Both the position numbers and the translations under genes were made by a program. A stretch of DNA of 64,000 bases, from the NCBI GenBank assembly GCA_000388065.2, contig KB932202.1; one strand, given 5' to 3'. How positions within the stretch are numbered: position 1 is the stretch's first letter; each line of letters opens with the position of its first letter. A model generated the notes under the pieces. It did no database searches and was not told the origin of the DNA. It was given only the letters and a program-made list of their open reading frames with translations. This document shows positions 1 to 12,594 of this stretch, one piece after another. The stretch comes from Fonticula alba ATCC 38817 (Eukaryota; Protista; Nucleariida).

Positions 1-1127
1 CGGATGCTTCGAAGCAGGCCATCACATGCGCGCCGGACATCCGAGATGACGGCCTCATTCATGGCCAGCTGTGAGAGGGAATCCGCCAGGTTGTGATGGT
101 GATGCTCGTGCTCGTGCCCGTGCTCGTGCCCATGGCTGTGCTCGTGGCACTCGGGCGGAGAGTGCTCCGTCCCCGGGTCCGATGGGGCTGGTTGCGGGGC
201 CGCCCCGTCGCTGGTCAAACTCTCGAGGAGAGGGTCGCGCGCCCCGGCAAGGCGCTCGGCCAGCGGCAGCAGCTCGAAGTGTCGCTCGGACTGGGAGACC
301 CAGGGCTCCCAGGCCGACTCGCTGAGGAGCTCGGACAGCGGATCGTCCGGGTCGGGGAGCGTCTCAATCGCGTACAGCCCATCGTCGCCACCCAGGTCGG
401 CCATCCCCCGGGCGCGGAAGTGCAAGGCATATTCGTGAAGGGCCTGCATGGCGAGGTGGATCTTGGCGGTCTTTCGGAACGGAGGAGGCCCACCGGCGGT
501 GCCAGCCGGAGACGGAATGTCAAAAGAGGTGGCGGCAGGCGGGAGAAGGAGCGGCGAACGGGTGGGCACATATTCGGCATCGAACACGCACGAGGGAAAA
601 GCGCTGCCCCTCGGCCACCTGGAGCCGGCGGTACAGGAGGAAGGCACGACCGATTGTGCGGGTTTCCGGGCTGGAGTCGGAGGCAGCCAGAGATCCGACA
701 TCCTCCGGGGACAGTCCCTGCGCCTGAAGCAGCGCGGCCCACTGGGCATTGATGGAATTGGAAATGCGAGAAAACTCGCGGATCAGATTTCCACATTCCA
801 GCTGATACGGGCCCTGGCGCTTGGATGTGAGCAGCATGCGAAAGACACTTCGGGGGAGGGTAGGTGAGCAACCCGGCGGTGAGCTGGATGTGTGCGTGTG
901 CGTGTGCGTGTGCGTGTGCGTGTGCGTGTGCGTGTGCGTGTGAAAGAGGGAGAAGGCCTGCGGAGGAGGGCATCAGAGGGGGGAGGGAAAGCGCACACTT
1001 CCCAGCGCCGATAATGATAGGCGCGCTCCTGCTGCAGGGACAGGAGCTGGCGGATGCAGGCGCCAAGTGGCTGATCCCCGGCCGAGGGGGAGTTGGTGCT
1101 GGCAGGTGCCGCGTCAAGGACGGACAT
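1..1127 (-). CDS. REX1-B (required for excision 1-B / C19orf60-like) domain protein, 3 exons visible, 3' end runs off the window
   Basis: ATG at 1127. Spliced reading: LGACIRQLLSLQQERAYHYRRWEV..VFRMLL..YQLECGNLIREFSRISNSI..LQVAEGQRFSL|TAKIHLA..His-rich..ISDVRRACDGLLRSI. This follows the remembered REX1-B pattern (LQ.RRA..Y..F..GF; F..IS..I; LQ..E..KL.LTA.LQLA). Introns are about 996-848 (acceptor ambiguous) and 591-471. Confidence 0.65.
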
Positions 1128-2680
1128 TGTGGGCTGACGCGCTTGTGGTCACGCTTGATCCAAGGCTCCTAGCAGGAGAGACGGGGCAAGGAGGGGGGGG
1201 GGGGGGGGGGGGAGACAAGGTGATGGGATGCTTTGGCGCCAGGCACTCGTGTACATCTGGCCAGTACCCTGTCATCAAAAGAATGGCACCCACCTTCAGA
1301 GGGGGCGAAACGCGGCATGAGTCTGCCGCGCTTACTTGTGCCTGACCGGGGCGGGGAGAAGCGCATGCGAGCGAGGGGCACAGGGCAGGATTGGTAAGGT
1401 GTCGATTTCTCGCTTACCTTCTCGCTCTCTCTGGCCCTCTGTCTCTCTCTCTCTCGCTGCCTCTGTCTGTCTTACGCCAGGGTCGGCCGATCAAGGTCCG
1501 GCATCTCGCCTTCGAGACCAGGGCGGGCGATGTCGACATGTGATATTGTGTCAGAATCAGCCTACAATCCCGTAGCCATGTCGATGTGGAGTGGTGTCCC
1601 AAGTCGCCCAGCCGAATCATGTGTGTAAAGGGTGTCCCGCGTGGTCTTCGTGTGGGGCTATGGGGTTTGAATAGCATTCCTCCTGGGGATGCGGGGCAAG
1701 ATCGACAGGCGCGGAAGGCCGCCGAGCGCAGTGCCGGCTACGGCTGCCCAAGAAAGGGCGGAGATGCGCCTACAGGCGCGGTTCTCAGATCCACCCCTCG
1801 ACCTATCCAAGGCCGAAAGGGGCACCCCCTCCGGGAGCCTCCGAAGAGCGAGAAGACCTTGGTAGCTTGCCTGGGATGAATGCATTCGAGTGTATGCGAG
1901 AGCATCCCCTTGAAGCCTCAGCCCAGCTAGCGAGTGTCTGTTCTAAGGCTCCCTCTCGAACTCCCATTTGTCACGCGAATTGCCTCCTCTTTTGCTTACC
2001 TGCTAACTCGCCCTCCGGCTGAGTTACCGTACTCTCGGCACAGGTAGCCTCATCCCCCCCCCCCCCCCCCCGGTTCGGTACACTCTCCTTCATGCCCAGA
2101 GTGGGCCCGGACCTGTTGTAACATTTCCGGTATGGCCACCGTCAAAGCCTCGCTCCTTTGACGTAAGACTGGATCCGTGAGAACTCAACTACCCGACACG
2201 TGCCATGGGCGTGGCCAGATCTTGGCAATTCGCACGCGCGCCCTCGAACGAGGGCAAGTGCCCACGCATGGGGCTGAAATGCCAAGATCGCCTCGCAGAG
2301 GTTCACCCGCTCGGGCCCGGATCTGCACCGGCCAATGTGGTGGGGCCATCCACACAGGGGGGGACCTGAGCTGGACTGGCATGACGGACTAGGGCGAAGG
2401 GACATGGAAAATTCGGCCAGGAAGGAAGTCCGCAGCGAGGAACGACCAAGTCCCCCCGGCGCCCCCTCCCCCTCCCTGTCTCGTCCGCGAAGGAGACATC
2501 CTTTGGAATCGAGGTGCAACCAAAGCCCCCCTTTTTGGCGAGCCGGTCCACACAGGATTGCCCATCGCCCAGGCATCACAATATCGACCCCCCCCCCCCC
2601 TCCCTCCCTCTCCCTCTCTTCCCTCTCCCCCCCCCCCCTTCCCACCTCCTTTTCTTATTGGCTGCCCAACCACAACCAGC

Positions 2681-5600
2681 ATGCTGTGTCTCCGCCAGGT
2701 GCGCTGGTCGGGGCAGGGATTGCGAGGCCATGTCCTGACACCTGCACTCTGCTCAGCACGGCGAGTCCTCTTCAGCTCCTCTTCGGAATCGCCTCAAGAT
2801 GAGCCCACCATAACTCGCAACGGCCCCCCGGCCTTCTTCCTCGGAAAGGAGTTGGCGCATACTTTCGCTCCTCCCCCTGAGAAGCCCGCGCGGTACACTC
2901 TCCGAGGGCCCTTCCTTGGGCAGCCCTACGATTCCCTTCTGCCGGATGGTGCGTCATTTTGTTCTGCCTCCCTCATTGGCCATCCTTCTCTCCCATTCCC
3001 GGCTCGCTGCTTGTCCACTTTGCTCCTGTTGACCATTTCTCCCCCCCCCCCTCCCCCTCCCTGCTCTCCGCCCACCCCTGGGGGGTGGTATTTGGCTCAT
3101 GATCAGATCCCTGCCCCGCTCCCTGTCCTGAGGGACATCTCCAGTCCCAGACGAATTCGATTGCCCTCGGCGAATACCTCACAAAGATGTCCTCCCAGAA
3201 TTTGTCCGATCTGCACTCGATCATGGATCGTATCCAAACGTCCCTTTTCGAGTGCAGCCTCGAATGTACGTACCGCTCGCATGACGCGGGGGAGCCTTCA
3301 CTCTGGCGGTCCATTTGCATTGCCACATATGCAATCACAAACAGACACTTATCCATCTGGGTTGTTTTTTTTTTTTCATTTTCCCCCCTCCCCTCCCCCT
3401 TCCTATCTGGACGCTCCGGCATCTAAGATAACTCCCAGCTTCTGCTTGATGTGTCTGGGTCGTTCGTTTCGTCCCTGGCTTCGCCAACCTCAGACATCGA
3501 TCTCTGTGTCTTGGTTGCCTCGCGCGGCGAAAAGGCCTTCCCCGGGTGGTGGATCCAACCGGCGTCCGGCCTGCTGAGGGGGCATCCGATGCAACGCTAC
3601 AATCACGATCTGACCACGATCATGGAGACGATGCGCTTTAAGCACCAGCAATTTATCGCACAAACCTCCACCCTCCCCATTCCGGAGAAGCCCTTCGACC
3701 TGGAGCAGCTGCACATTTTGGAGCCCTTCCTGCGGAAGTGTGCGTTCTGCCCTCTTGCCCATGACCAAATACCTCTCGGCTGCCCCTGCCTGTCTTCCCC
3801 TCTCCTCTCCTTGCCCTCCCTTTCATTGGGTGTTCTCCACATTCTGCACATCGGGCAATCTGTCCTTTCCCATGACACCGCCATACACCCACAGGGTGCG
3901 AAGACTGCCCGTGACACCGGACTGACACCCCATCCTGCCCGTGCCATTCCCAGGCGGTATCTTCATCGTTGAACATCGGGTCTCTTCCTTCCCCATGATC
4001 AAGCTCATCGACACCCAGACGTACGTCCACACCGAGACCGAGGAGCATGCGCGCTTTTTTGCATATGTATCTTTTTCCAAAGCCATATCTATCCAGAGGA
4101 CGGGGGACGGCCACAGTCCGAGACAGCTTGCCAGCGGCCTTTCTTGTGATTTATGCTAATCCCCCCCCCCCCCCCCCCCGCGCGCGCGCCTTCGATGGCT
4201 CGTCGCTTTCGGGACACAGTCAGCGCAAGATCGACCTTGGCTTCAGTGACATCCTTCCTGTCATCAATTCCCGGCTCATCAACTCCCTTATGTGCCTCGA
4301 CCGGCGCTTCCATCTGACCACGCAGCTAGTGCGCGAGTGGGCAAGTCGCCGAGATCTTGCCGGGGCCACACGCGCCCGGCTGTCTTCCTATGCCCTCACT
4401 CTGATGGTGTACAATATCTTTCGCCTCTACCCGGGCGAGGGTTATGCAGACATGGAGACTCAGTCCGTTGGCCGGTACCAGCCTACCAGGGAACGCCCCC
4501 TGCCGGACTTGATCTATGCCTCGTGTCCCGGGGAGCAGGCTGGCCAGTCGACCCCCAGGCCGCTGCCTATGTCCAGCATGTATCTGCCTCCCTCCCCGGC
4601 TGATGGGCAGGGTGTGTCGGACACCAGCACGTGCCCCTTGATGCCGGACCTTTTCCAGGTCGGAGCGACCTTGGTGAACCTGGAAAATCAGTTGAAAGTC
4701 CCGCAGTCGACATTGGTCGCCATGAACCTCAGGCTGCCCTACTGGATAAGGATGTCCCTGGTTCAGGCACACTCGGGAGAGTATGACGCCACTTTCTTGA
4801 AGGATCGAGTCTGCTTGATATTTGCCTGGATGACGCCACCACCGCCGAGGAGTGCGTTGGAGGGCCTGCCTCAGGTCTCCTCGGAACTGCTTCGGCGCAT
4901 CGCCGAAGAGGAGGCCGAAGAGGCCCGGCTGTCGCATGACCTTCGCATCCGGCGGCGCTTGATGAAGCTTTACATGCGGACACTTGTGTTTGGCGACTGG
5001 CGGCCTTCTCAGTGGACCACCCACTTCTCCAAGTCGGGCTTCCATGTGGACGGGCAGCGTGACGACGAGGCCTCCCAGGACGATGTCACACCGCTCCTTT
5101 GGCGCTTCTTCCATTTCTATCGTCATGCCCAGCTCCATCGGCTTTCCTTCTTGACGAGCCCCCTGACTTCGACCCCGGTGCTCACGGTCCCGAGCTTGTA
5201 TGAGGCCTCCGGCAGTGCTGATTTGCATGAGCTCATTGCTCATACATTCAACATTCACTCCCGGAGCTCCATCCATCCGCGGCCTCTCAGTCAGGCGTCC
5301 CTGGAGGAGACCCTGGGCCAAGATGATGTGCGTGTGGCTGTCATATCGTGCTGCTGGGGGGGCAGGGGTGATGGGAAGGGGACTGGGGACTCCTGTGTAG
5401 CCCTTCCGCGTGCAGAGTCAAAGCCCCATACACTTGGGATTGAGTGCCTGGCCCATACACCCTCTCTCTCTCTCTCTCACCCTCTCTCTCTCTCTCACCC
5501 TCTCTCTCTCTCTCTCCCTCTCTCACCCTCTCTCACCCTCCCTCCCTCCCTCCCTCCCTCCCTCCCTCCCTCTCTCACCCTCTCTCTCCCTCCCTCCCTC

Positions 5601-6245
5601 CCTCTCACTCTCACCCTCTCTCTCCCTTTGCTACCTCCCTTGTTCTTTTGCAACAGTCGACGCCGTACGATCTCAGCCTCCTTCGTGAGTTCATTGTCGA
5701 TCGGAATGCCGATTTGATGATTCTTCAGGATCCATTCGTCAAGCGGCGTAATGTGACGATGCACTTCAGGGCCAGCACGTACGTTCCAGCTCATGCCCTG
5801 ACTATGCCACTCAAGAGTTGGTCTTGGGACCGGGGAGGTTGTACTTGCTGGGAGACGCGATTGCCTCCTCTCATGTTGTATTCCACCCTCTCACGCTGTC
5901 CGTGTTTGTTTCTTCTTCAGATTTAACCTGTTCCGCTATGAGTGCGAACGGGCTCTTCGCATCCTCGGTGACGATTCTCCGGAAGCCTTGCAAAAGGTGA
6001 AATACCTGCCCTTCGAAAGGAGCTGCTCCACTCAGCCCATTGCGACCAGCTTCCGCTTGGCTCGACTGCTCTTAGACACAACCGCTGAGGCCAATCAGCC
6101 CACCCCCAGTGTGACAATCAATCCGAGCATGCGCGAGTGGAAGTTCTCCCCTCCGCGCAGTGCCATTCTGCAGAATCTCCGCCGGAGCCGCGAGCGGATC
6201 AACCTTCAGGCCTTTGAGAAGAGCCGCCTCTCCCCCTTAAACTGA
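2681..6245 (+). CDS. Non-canonical poly(A)/poly(U) polymerase (Cid1/TUTase/MTPAP family), probable mitochondrial presequence, about 7 exons
   Basis: Pol-beta signature SGSFVSSLASPTSDIDL and third Asp in RKIDLGF. Also NSRLI..LDRRF..LVREWA..RLSSYALTLMV, LLWRFFHFY, nucleotide-recognition motif LQDPFVKRRNV and FNLFRYECERALRIL. The N-terminus MLCLRQVRWS..ARRVLFSSSS is Arg-rich and acid-free. Junctions are phase-compatible GT-AG. Confidence 0.85.
5461..5625. repeat. (CT)n/(CCCT)n microsatellite in an intron of the nucleotidyltransferase gene
   Basis: Directly visible pyrimidine-only simple repeat. Confidence 0.95.
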
Positions 6246-8861
6246 CAAACCCCCATCATGTGCTGCCCCCATGTTGTCCCCCCCCCCCCCCCCGCGCGGT
6301 GGGGATCGAAGGTAGGCGCAGGGAGGGTCGCCTGTATGCCGGGCTCGCGACCGTGCGCTCCCCACGCAGCCCGGAAATATACCCGCAATGGACAAGAAAA
6401 GAGAGTGGTCTCCTGATCGGCGGGTGGCGGATCTGTCCGTGTGATTCGCGATACGTGATCATCCCCTCGGGGCCGGCAGCCGGGAAAATGCGCCGTCTGT
6501 GTTCGTGGCCCCCCCCCCCCGCCTCCCCTACTCCCCTACTCCCCATGGGGGGAGGGGGGGGGGGCGGTCTGGGGCTCTCCACGACACGGGTCCGGGGAGA
6601 GGTCCCCCGGGGTGCCCGGGGCGCACTTTTCTTCGCCGTGCGGCGAGGCTGCCGATTTGAGCCTCCTCGCCAGGACCTACGGTCTGGGTCCCCGCGGTCG
6701 CCCNNNNNNNNNNNNNNNNNNNNNNNNNNNNNNNNNNNNNNNNNNNNNNNNNNNNNNNNNNNNNNNNNNNNNNNNNNNNNNNNNNNNNNNNNNNNNNNNN
6801 NNNNNNNNNNNNNNNNNNNNNNNNNNNNNNNNNNNNNNNNNNNNNNNNNNNNNNNNNNNNNNNNNNNNNNNNNNNNNNNNNNNNNNNNNNNNNNNNNNNN
6901 NNNNNNNNNNNNNNNNNNNNNNNNNNNNNNNNNNNNNNNNNNNNNNNNNNNNNNNNNNNNNNNNNNNNNNNNNNNNNNNNNNNNNNNNNNNNNNNNNNNN
7001 NNNNNNNNNNNNNNNNNNNNNNNNNNNNNNNNNNNNNNNNNNNNNNNNNNNNNNNNNNNNNNNNNNNNNNNNNNNNNNNNNNNNNNNNNNNNNNNNNNNN
7101 NNNNNNNNNNNNNNNNNNNNNNNNNNNNNNNNNNNNNNNNNNNNNNNNNNNNNNNNNNNNNNNNNNNNNNNNNNNNNNNNNNNNNNNNNNNNNNNNNNNN
7201 NNNNNNNNNNNNNNNNNNNNNNNNNNNNNNNNNNNNNNNNNNNNNNNNNNNNNNNNNNNNNNNNNNNNNNNNNNNNNNNNNNNNNNNNNNNNNNNNNNNN
7301 NNNNNNNNNNNNNNNNNNNNNNNNNNNNNNNNNNNNNNNNNNNGGGGGGGGGGTGGAGTTGCCTGGACACGGGTGCCTTGGGCCGCGGCGGCCGGATCTC
7401 GGGCCGCGAGCTGGCTACACAACCGAGCGGGGGCCTCTCTTCGACGATCGCCGGCTTTTCCGGCGTGGCCCTCGCCCCCTCAGCAGGCTACTGCGTTGGT
7501 GCAGGCTGCTGGGTTCGGCTTCTCGGGCGATCGAGCGTTAGCCCAGCGCCAGCAACCAGGCAGTTGCCGACTCCCGATTAGAATGCCAGCAGGTCGGCCA
7601 TATGGCTTCCTGCGTATACACCCACCTGGCATCCGGCCTCTGTGAGATTACCGTGCGCGGATTCAGAGAGACAGAGAGAAAGGCAGAGAGAGAGACTGTG
7701 ACGAGAGGACTCGGGGTGCAGGCCATCTCACGGGGGGGAGGGCGGGGGAAAAGGGGCGACTATCCCCCCCCCCCCCCCCTTCTGTCCCTCCTTCGAGGAG
7801 CAACGAGCAGCAATTGACCCGGCGCGCCAGCCGGTATTCCTTATTTCCCGAAAACCGGGGCCCTCCCCGTCTGGGGGGCTGAGCCGACAAACAAAAACCC
7901 TCACGCAGCGGGGGATCAGGACACTCCCGCCTGGTATGCTCGTCGGGGAGGGGGGGGGGGGGGGGGGGGGGGAGCCGGAACAAACGCCCTCCGGGCCAGC
8001 GTGTGAGCGCGGGAGCCGGAGACGCGGGGGCCCGGCGGCCTCTGCGCGGACAGGTGCCTCTCGATATACACGCCCGCCATGTGCACCGCGCGCAGGCAGC
8101 TGATGCGGGCCGGGGAGAGCGCAGGGGGCTGGGAGGGATTCAGGTTCTTGAGAGCGCGTCAATTGGCACTTGTGCTCTGGCCCCCTAACGCTTTTCTCCC
8201 GGACAGCCGGCCGGACAACCAGCCGGCGCGGAGGGCGGTTCCTTTTCAGTCGCTCAGGTTGACGAAAAGTGCGAATACCTATTCTCCAGGAATATTTGAC
8301 CGTCTGAGTGGCGAAGGGAAATCTCCCCGCCGGGGGGCTGCAAGAAGCCCGCCGTAGAAGCAAAGGAAGGCCCCGCTTGGCTGGTCCTCACGTTTCGTTA
8401 CCCTTTGCCGCTCGCGTGAGCCCCGAGTGTGGATCTCCCCCCCGCCCGCCAGAGGGGCTGCGGAAGGCCCAGAGAAGGGACCAGGCCAGCATGCATGCCC
8501 CCCTCCCCCTCCAGCGGGTCTCGTGAAGGGAGGAAAATCCCTCTTTCACAGGGCGGCTCGAAGAAGCCGCAGCCCGGGCACCCTCCCCGGCATTGTCCCA
8601 GTGCACACCAATAAGACCTTCTCTTTACTGCCACCCCCCCGGGGGGGGGGGGGGGGCCGGGGGCGCAGCCTTGGGCCCGGATAGTTTCTTTGGGGTTCTC
8701 CCCCGGCGCGTGCTCTCCTCCGGGTCCGGGGGGGAGGGGGGGCGGGGAGAAGGGACGGGATGGGCGATCCGGGGAGTTCGCCAGGCCCAGGCCGCGAACG
8801 GGGCCGCGAGATCCGCCCCATCCCCCAGAAAGCGGCATTCCCCAGCGCGGCCTTGAGCCTT

Positions 8862-8956
8862 GGAGCGGGGCGGAGGGCTGGTGCTTGAGCGGCCCCGGTA
8901 CACAGTCCTTCTGTCCGGGAAACCGAGTGTCGGAATAATCCATGCCTGACCGATTG
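8862..8956 (+). repeat. 95-bp exact direct repeat, copy 1 (ends at an N gap)
   Basis: ggagcggggcggagggctgg...catgcctgaccgattg is identical to 14596-14690. Confidence 0.95.
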
Positions 8957-9889
8957 NNNNNNNNNNNNNNNNNNNNNNNNNNNNNNNNNNNNNNNNNNNN
9001 NNNNNNNNNNNNNNNNNNNNNNNNNNNNNNNNNNNNNNNNNNNNNNNNNNNNNNNNNNNNNNNNNNNNNNNNNNNNNNNNNNNNNNNNNNNNNNNNNNNN
9101 NNNNNNNNNNNNNNNNNNNNNNNNNNNNNNNNNNNNNNNNNNNNNNNNNNNNNNNNNNNNNNNNNNNNNNNNNNNNNNNNNNNNNNNNNNNNNNNNNNNN
9201 NNNNNNNNNNNNNNNNNNNNNNNNNNNNNNNNNNNNNNNNNNNNNNNNNNNNNNNNNNNNNNNNNNNNNNNNNNNNNNNNNNNNNNNNNNNNNNNNNNNN
9301 NNNNNNNNNNNNNNNNNNNNNNNNNNNNNNNNNNNNNNNNNNNNNNNNNNNNNNNNNNNNNNNNNNNNNNNNNNNNNNNNNNNNNNNNNNNNNNNNNNNN
9401 NNNNNNNNNNNNNNNNNNNNNNNNNNNNNNNGGGAGGGGCGCCCCCTCTTCTCGCTCTTGGTCTCTCTCGCGCGCACGCGCGCGCGCGCGCGCATGTAGA
9501 CCCTGACCCATCGCGGCCCGCTCCCTCTTGGCCCCTGAGCCGGAAGAGGGGCGAGCGGGGCGCGCCTCACTCGCTCTCCTTCCTCTTTCTTTGGCACCGA
9601 GTTTGGCCCTGATCCGCGACAGTTGGGCATATTTGCCTGGGCGGACTGGCCCCGGTCTCCCAGCTCCCGGTCCACCTCCCTGCTCCTTGCTCGCGCACAC
9701 ACATCCCCCACGCCCGCCCTCGCCGATCGCCTCATCCCCCCCCCCTCCTTCCGACACCCGGCCTCCTCCCTTGCTGCCTTCCCCCCCCCCCACGTCCCTG
9801 CTAACGCGCCCATATACGTGTGCACGCATGCATACACACACGCACAGTGCCCGCGCACCTTTGCCCACCCCCCTTTCCGCGGACCATCG

Positions 9890-12594
9890 ATGGCCGCTCA
9901 GGAAGTCGAGCGCCTCCCCACCCTGACGACCGGCCTCGGGGTGGGTAACGACAACACCATGGCCGCCGAGATGGCTCAGGGCGAGTCTGCCGCCTCGCCC
10001 TTTGCCGCTGGTGCCAAGCGCACCCTGCACGAGATCCTGGCCGAGGCCGCCCATGTCGACCCGAGCGCCTCGTCCACCTACCAGCTCACCTCCCTGGACC
10101 CCACTCCCTCAACCAAGGACCTGCTCAAGCGCAACCCGGCCTATACCCCCTCCGAGCCGCTGGACCCCAACTCGGTCGGCATTGTCCCGAAGGGCCTGCT
10201 GGAGTCTGTTGATGCGGATGAGTTCCTGCGCAAGGCTGCCCACCAGCCCATCGTCACCTTTGATGACCGTGCGTGCCCGATGCCCTTGTCACATTTCCTC
10301 GCTTTTTTGTCCTCTTGCCACTTGTTCCATCGGGGAGGGGGGGGGGGTTGGCAGCCAAAGCGAGAGGACCTCCAGGTGCCCCCTCACATTTGCAGGCGCC
10401 CCTGTCTGGCCAACCAGATCACTGACATCCAAACGAAATTCAGACACTCCCGAGTCCTGGGTGTACCCCATCGTGGTGCTGATCACCCACCTGTCGTACA
10501 TCACTCTGACCGTGTTTGGCCACATTCGTGACTTCTTCGGCAAGTTCCTCCGCCCCCAGGGCTACAACCATCTGAAGGAGGAGGTACGCTGTGTAGGCAG
10601 GGGAGCATGGATCATAGTGCAATTGGCGGTGATTCGTGTCCTTCTCCCCCCCCCCCCCCCCACACACACACACGCGCGCGCGCGCGCGCACAGCCGACAA
10701 CCCCCTTATGCCAATGTCTCACACACCATACCGACACGCTGTCGTCCCCTCCAACTCCCGCCACTCTTGATCCCGCACTCTTCCCCAGGGCTATGCCCCT
10801 CTCTATTCGGATTTCGAGAGCTTCTACACTCGCCGCATCTACATTCGTACTCGCGACTGCTTCAACCGCCCGATCACTGGTGTGGCCGGCGCTCGGCTTA
10901 CCCTCCTCGAGCGCGTGACCAAGGACTACAACAAGACTTTCCAGGTACGTCGGCACCGATATGACAGCATATGCCTGCACCATGCTCCTGGCTGCTGCTG
11001 CTGCTGCTGCTGCTCTTTCTCGCTCCCATCGACTTACACCCATTGCCATCCTCGCGCGGCCCCTTGCCTCGATGCTGCACACACACACACACACACACGT
11101 GGATATGTACAGCTTACTGGCCGCACTCGCGAGGTCATCAACATGGGCTCCTACAATTACCTTGGCTTCGCTCAGAATGAGGGCCGCTGTGCCGACGAGG
11201 TGGAGCTGTCTCTGCGTGCCCACGGTGTCTCCTACAACAGCCCTCGCGCCGAGGCCGGCACCCATGCCCTGCATGTGGAGCTCGAGAAGCTGACCGCCGA
11301 GTTTGTCGGCACCGAGGATGCGATTGTTTGCTCCATGGGCTTCGCCACCAACTCCACCATCATTCCGGCCCTCATGGGCAAGGGCTGCCTCATCGTGAGT
11401 GACGAGCTTAACCACGCGTCCATCATCAACGGCTGCCGTAACTCCGGCTCCACCACCCGCGTCTTCAAGCACAACTGTGCCGCCGACCTTGAGCGCGTTC
11501 TCCGCCAGGCCATTGCCTCTGGCCAGCCGCGCACCCACCGCCCGTGGCGCAAGATCATGATCATTGTTGAGGGCATCTACTCGATGGAGGGCTCTGTCTG
11601 CGATCTGCCGCGCATTGTCGAGCTGAAGAAGAAGTACAAGGTACGTGTCTGCCTTCTGGGCCGGGCCCCCCTTCTTCGCGATTGTTTGCGCCCTTTTCGA
11701 GGATGTGCTGTGTCCCGCACTCTTCTCTCTCCCCCACCCACCACCCTCTCTCTGACCTGCGCAACATTGCCCTCCCTCTCCGCTGCGCCAGTGCTACCTC
11801 TATGTTGATGAGGCTCACTCGATTGGCGCCCTCGGTCCCCGTGGCCGCGGTATTTGCGACTACTGGGCCGTGCCTACCACCGATGTGGACATCCTCATGG
11901 GCACCTTCACCAAGTCCTTCGGTGCGGCCGGTGGTTATGTTGCCAGTAGCAAGGCCATCATCGACACCATCCGTGCCCGGGCCCATAGCTCCATTTACTC
12001 CGAGACCATGCCCCCTCCGGTCTGCCAGCAGGTCATCTCCTCGCTGTCCATCATTATGGGCCGCGACGGCACCAACGACGGCCTGGACCGCATCAAGAAG
12101 CTCCGCGACAACAGCATGTACCTCCGCCGGCGTCTGGTCGATGCTGGCTTCGTGGTCTATGGCGACGAGGACACCCCGGTCATTCCGGTCCTCCTCTACA
12201 ACCCGTCCAATGTCCGGTGCGTAACACCTCGCCGCCGGTCGTCCGGCCGATGTGCCCATGTGCACGCGCCTGGCATACATACATACACATATATATATAT
12301 ATATGTACCCCACATCTCCCTGCTTTCTCGCCATACTGACCCCCTTTATTCCCCCCCCCCCTCTCCTCCTACTTTTCTGCACGTTTACACGCTCGCAGTC
12401 ACATTGGCACATCCTTCCTCAAGCGCGGCATTGCTGTGGTGGTCGTCGGCTTCCCGGCCACCCCCCTGGTCACCTCCCGCATGCGCATTTGCATTTCGTC
12501 TGCCCATACTCGCGAGGACCTGGACAAGACCTTCGATGCACTGATCGAGGAGTCTACCGAGACCATGATTCGCCTCAACTACAAGGCTACCTAA
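9890..12594 (+). CDS. LCB2: Serine palmitoyltransferase subunit 2 (PLP-binding subunit)
   Basis: Motifs: TM segment ITHLSYITLTVFGHIRDFFG, INMGSYNYLGFA, MGFATNST, SDELNHASI, EGIYSMEG, YLYVDEAHSIG, PLP-lysine motif GTFTKSFG, GIAVVVVGFPATPL, ISSAHTREDL. Stop TAA at 12594. Confidence 0.95.

Noticed and set aside
6256-9858. Long ORFs in the track that run through N gaps (also 16799-18372, 33205-34440, 39476-40644, 51644-53588)
   Set aside because: Their length comes from Ns and GC-rich stop-poor sequence; they have no protein motifs.
10612-12412. Antisense ORFs over LCB2, RRP8, M28, CDC42, COPE and other genes
   Set aside because: Shadow ORFs expected from strong C-ending codon bias on the opposite strand.
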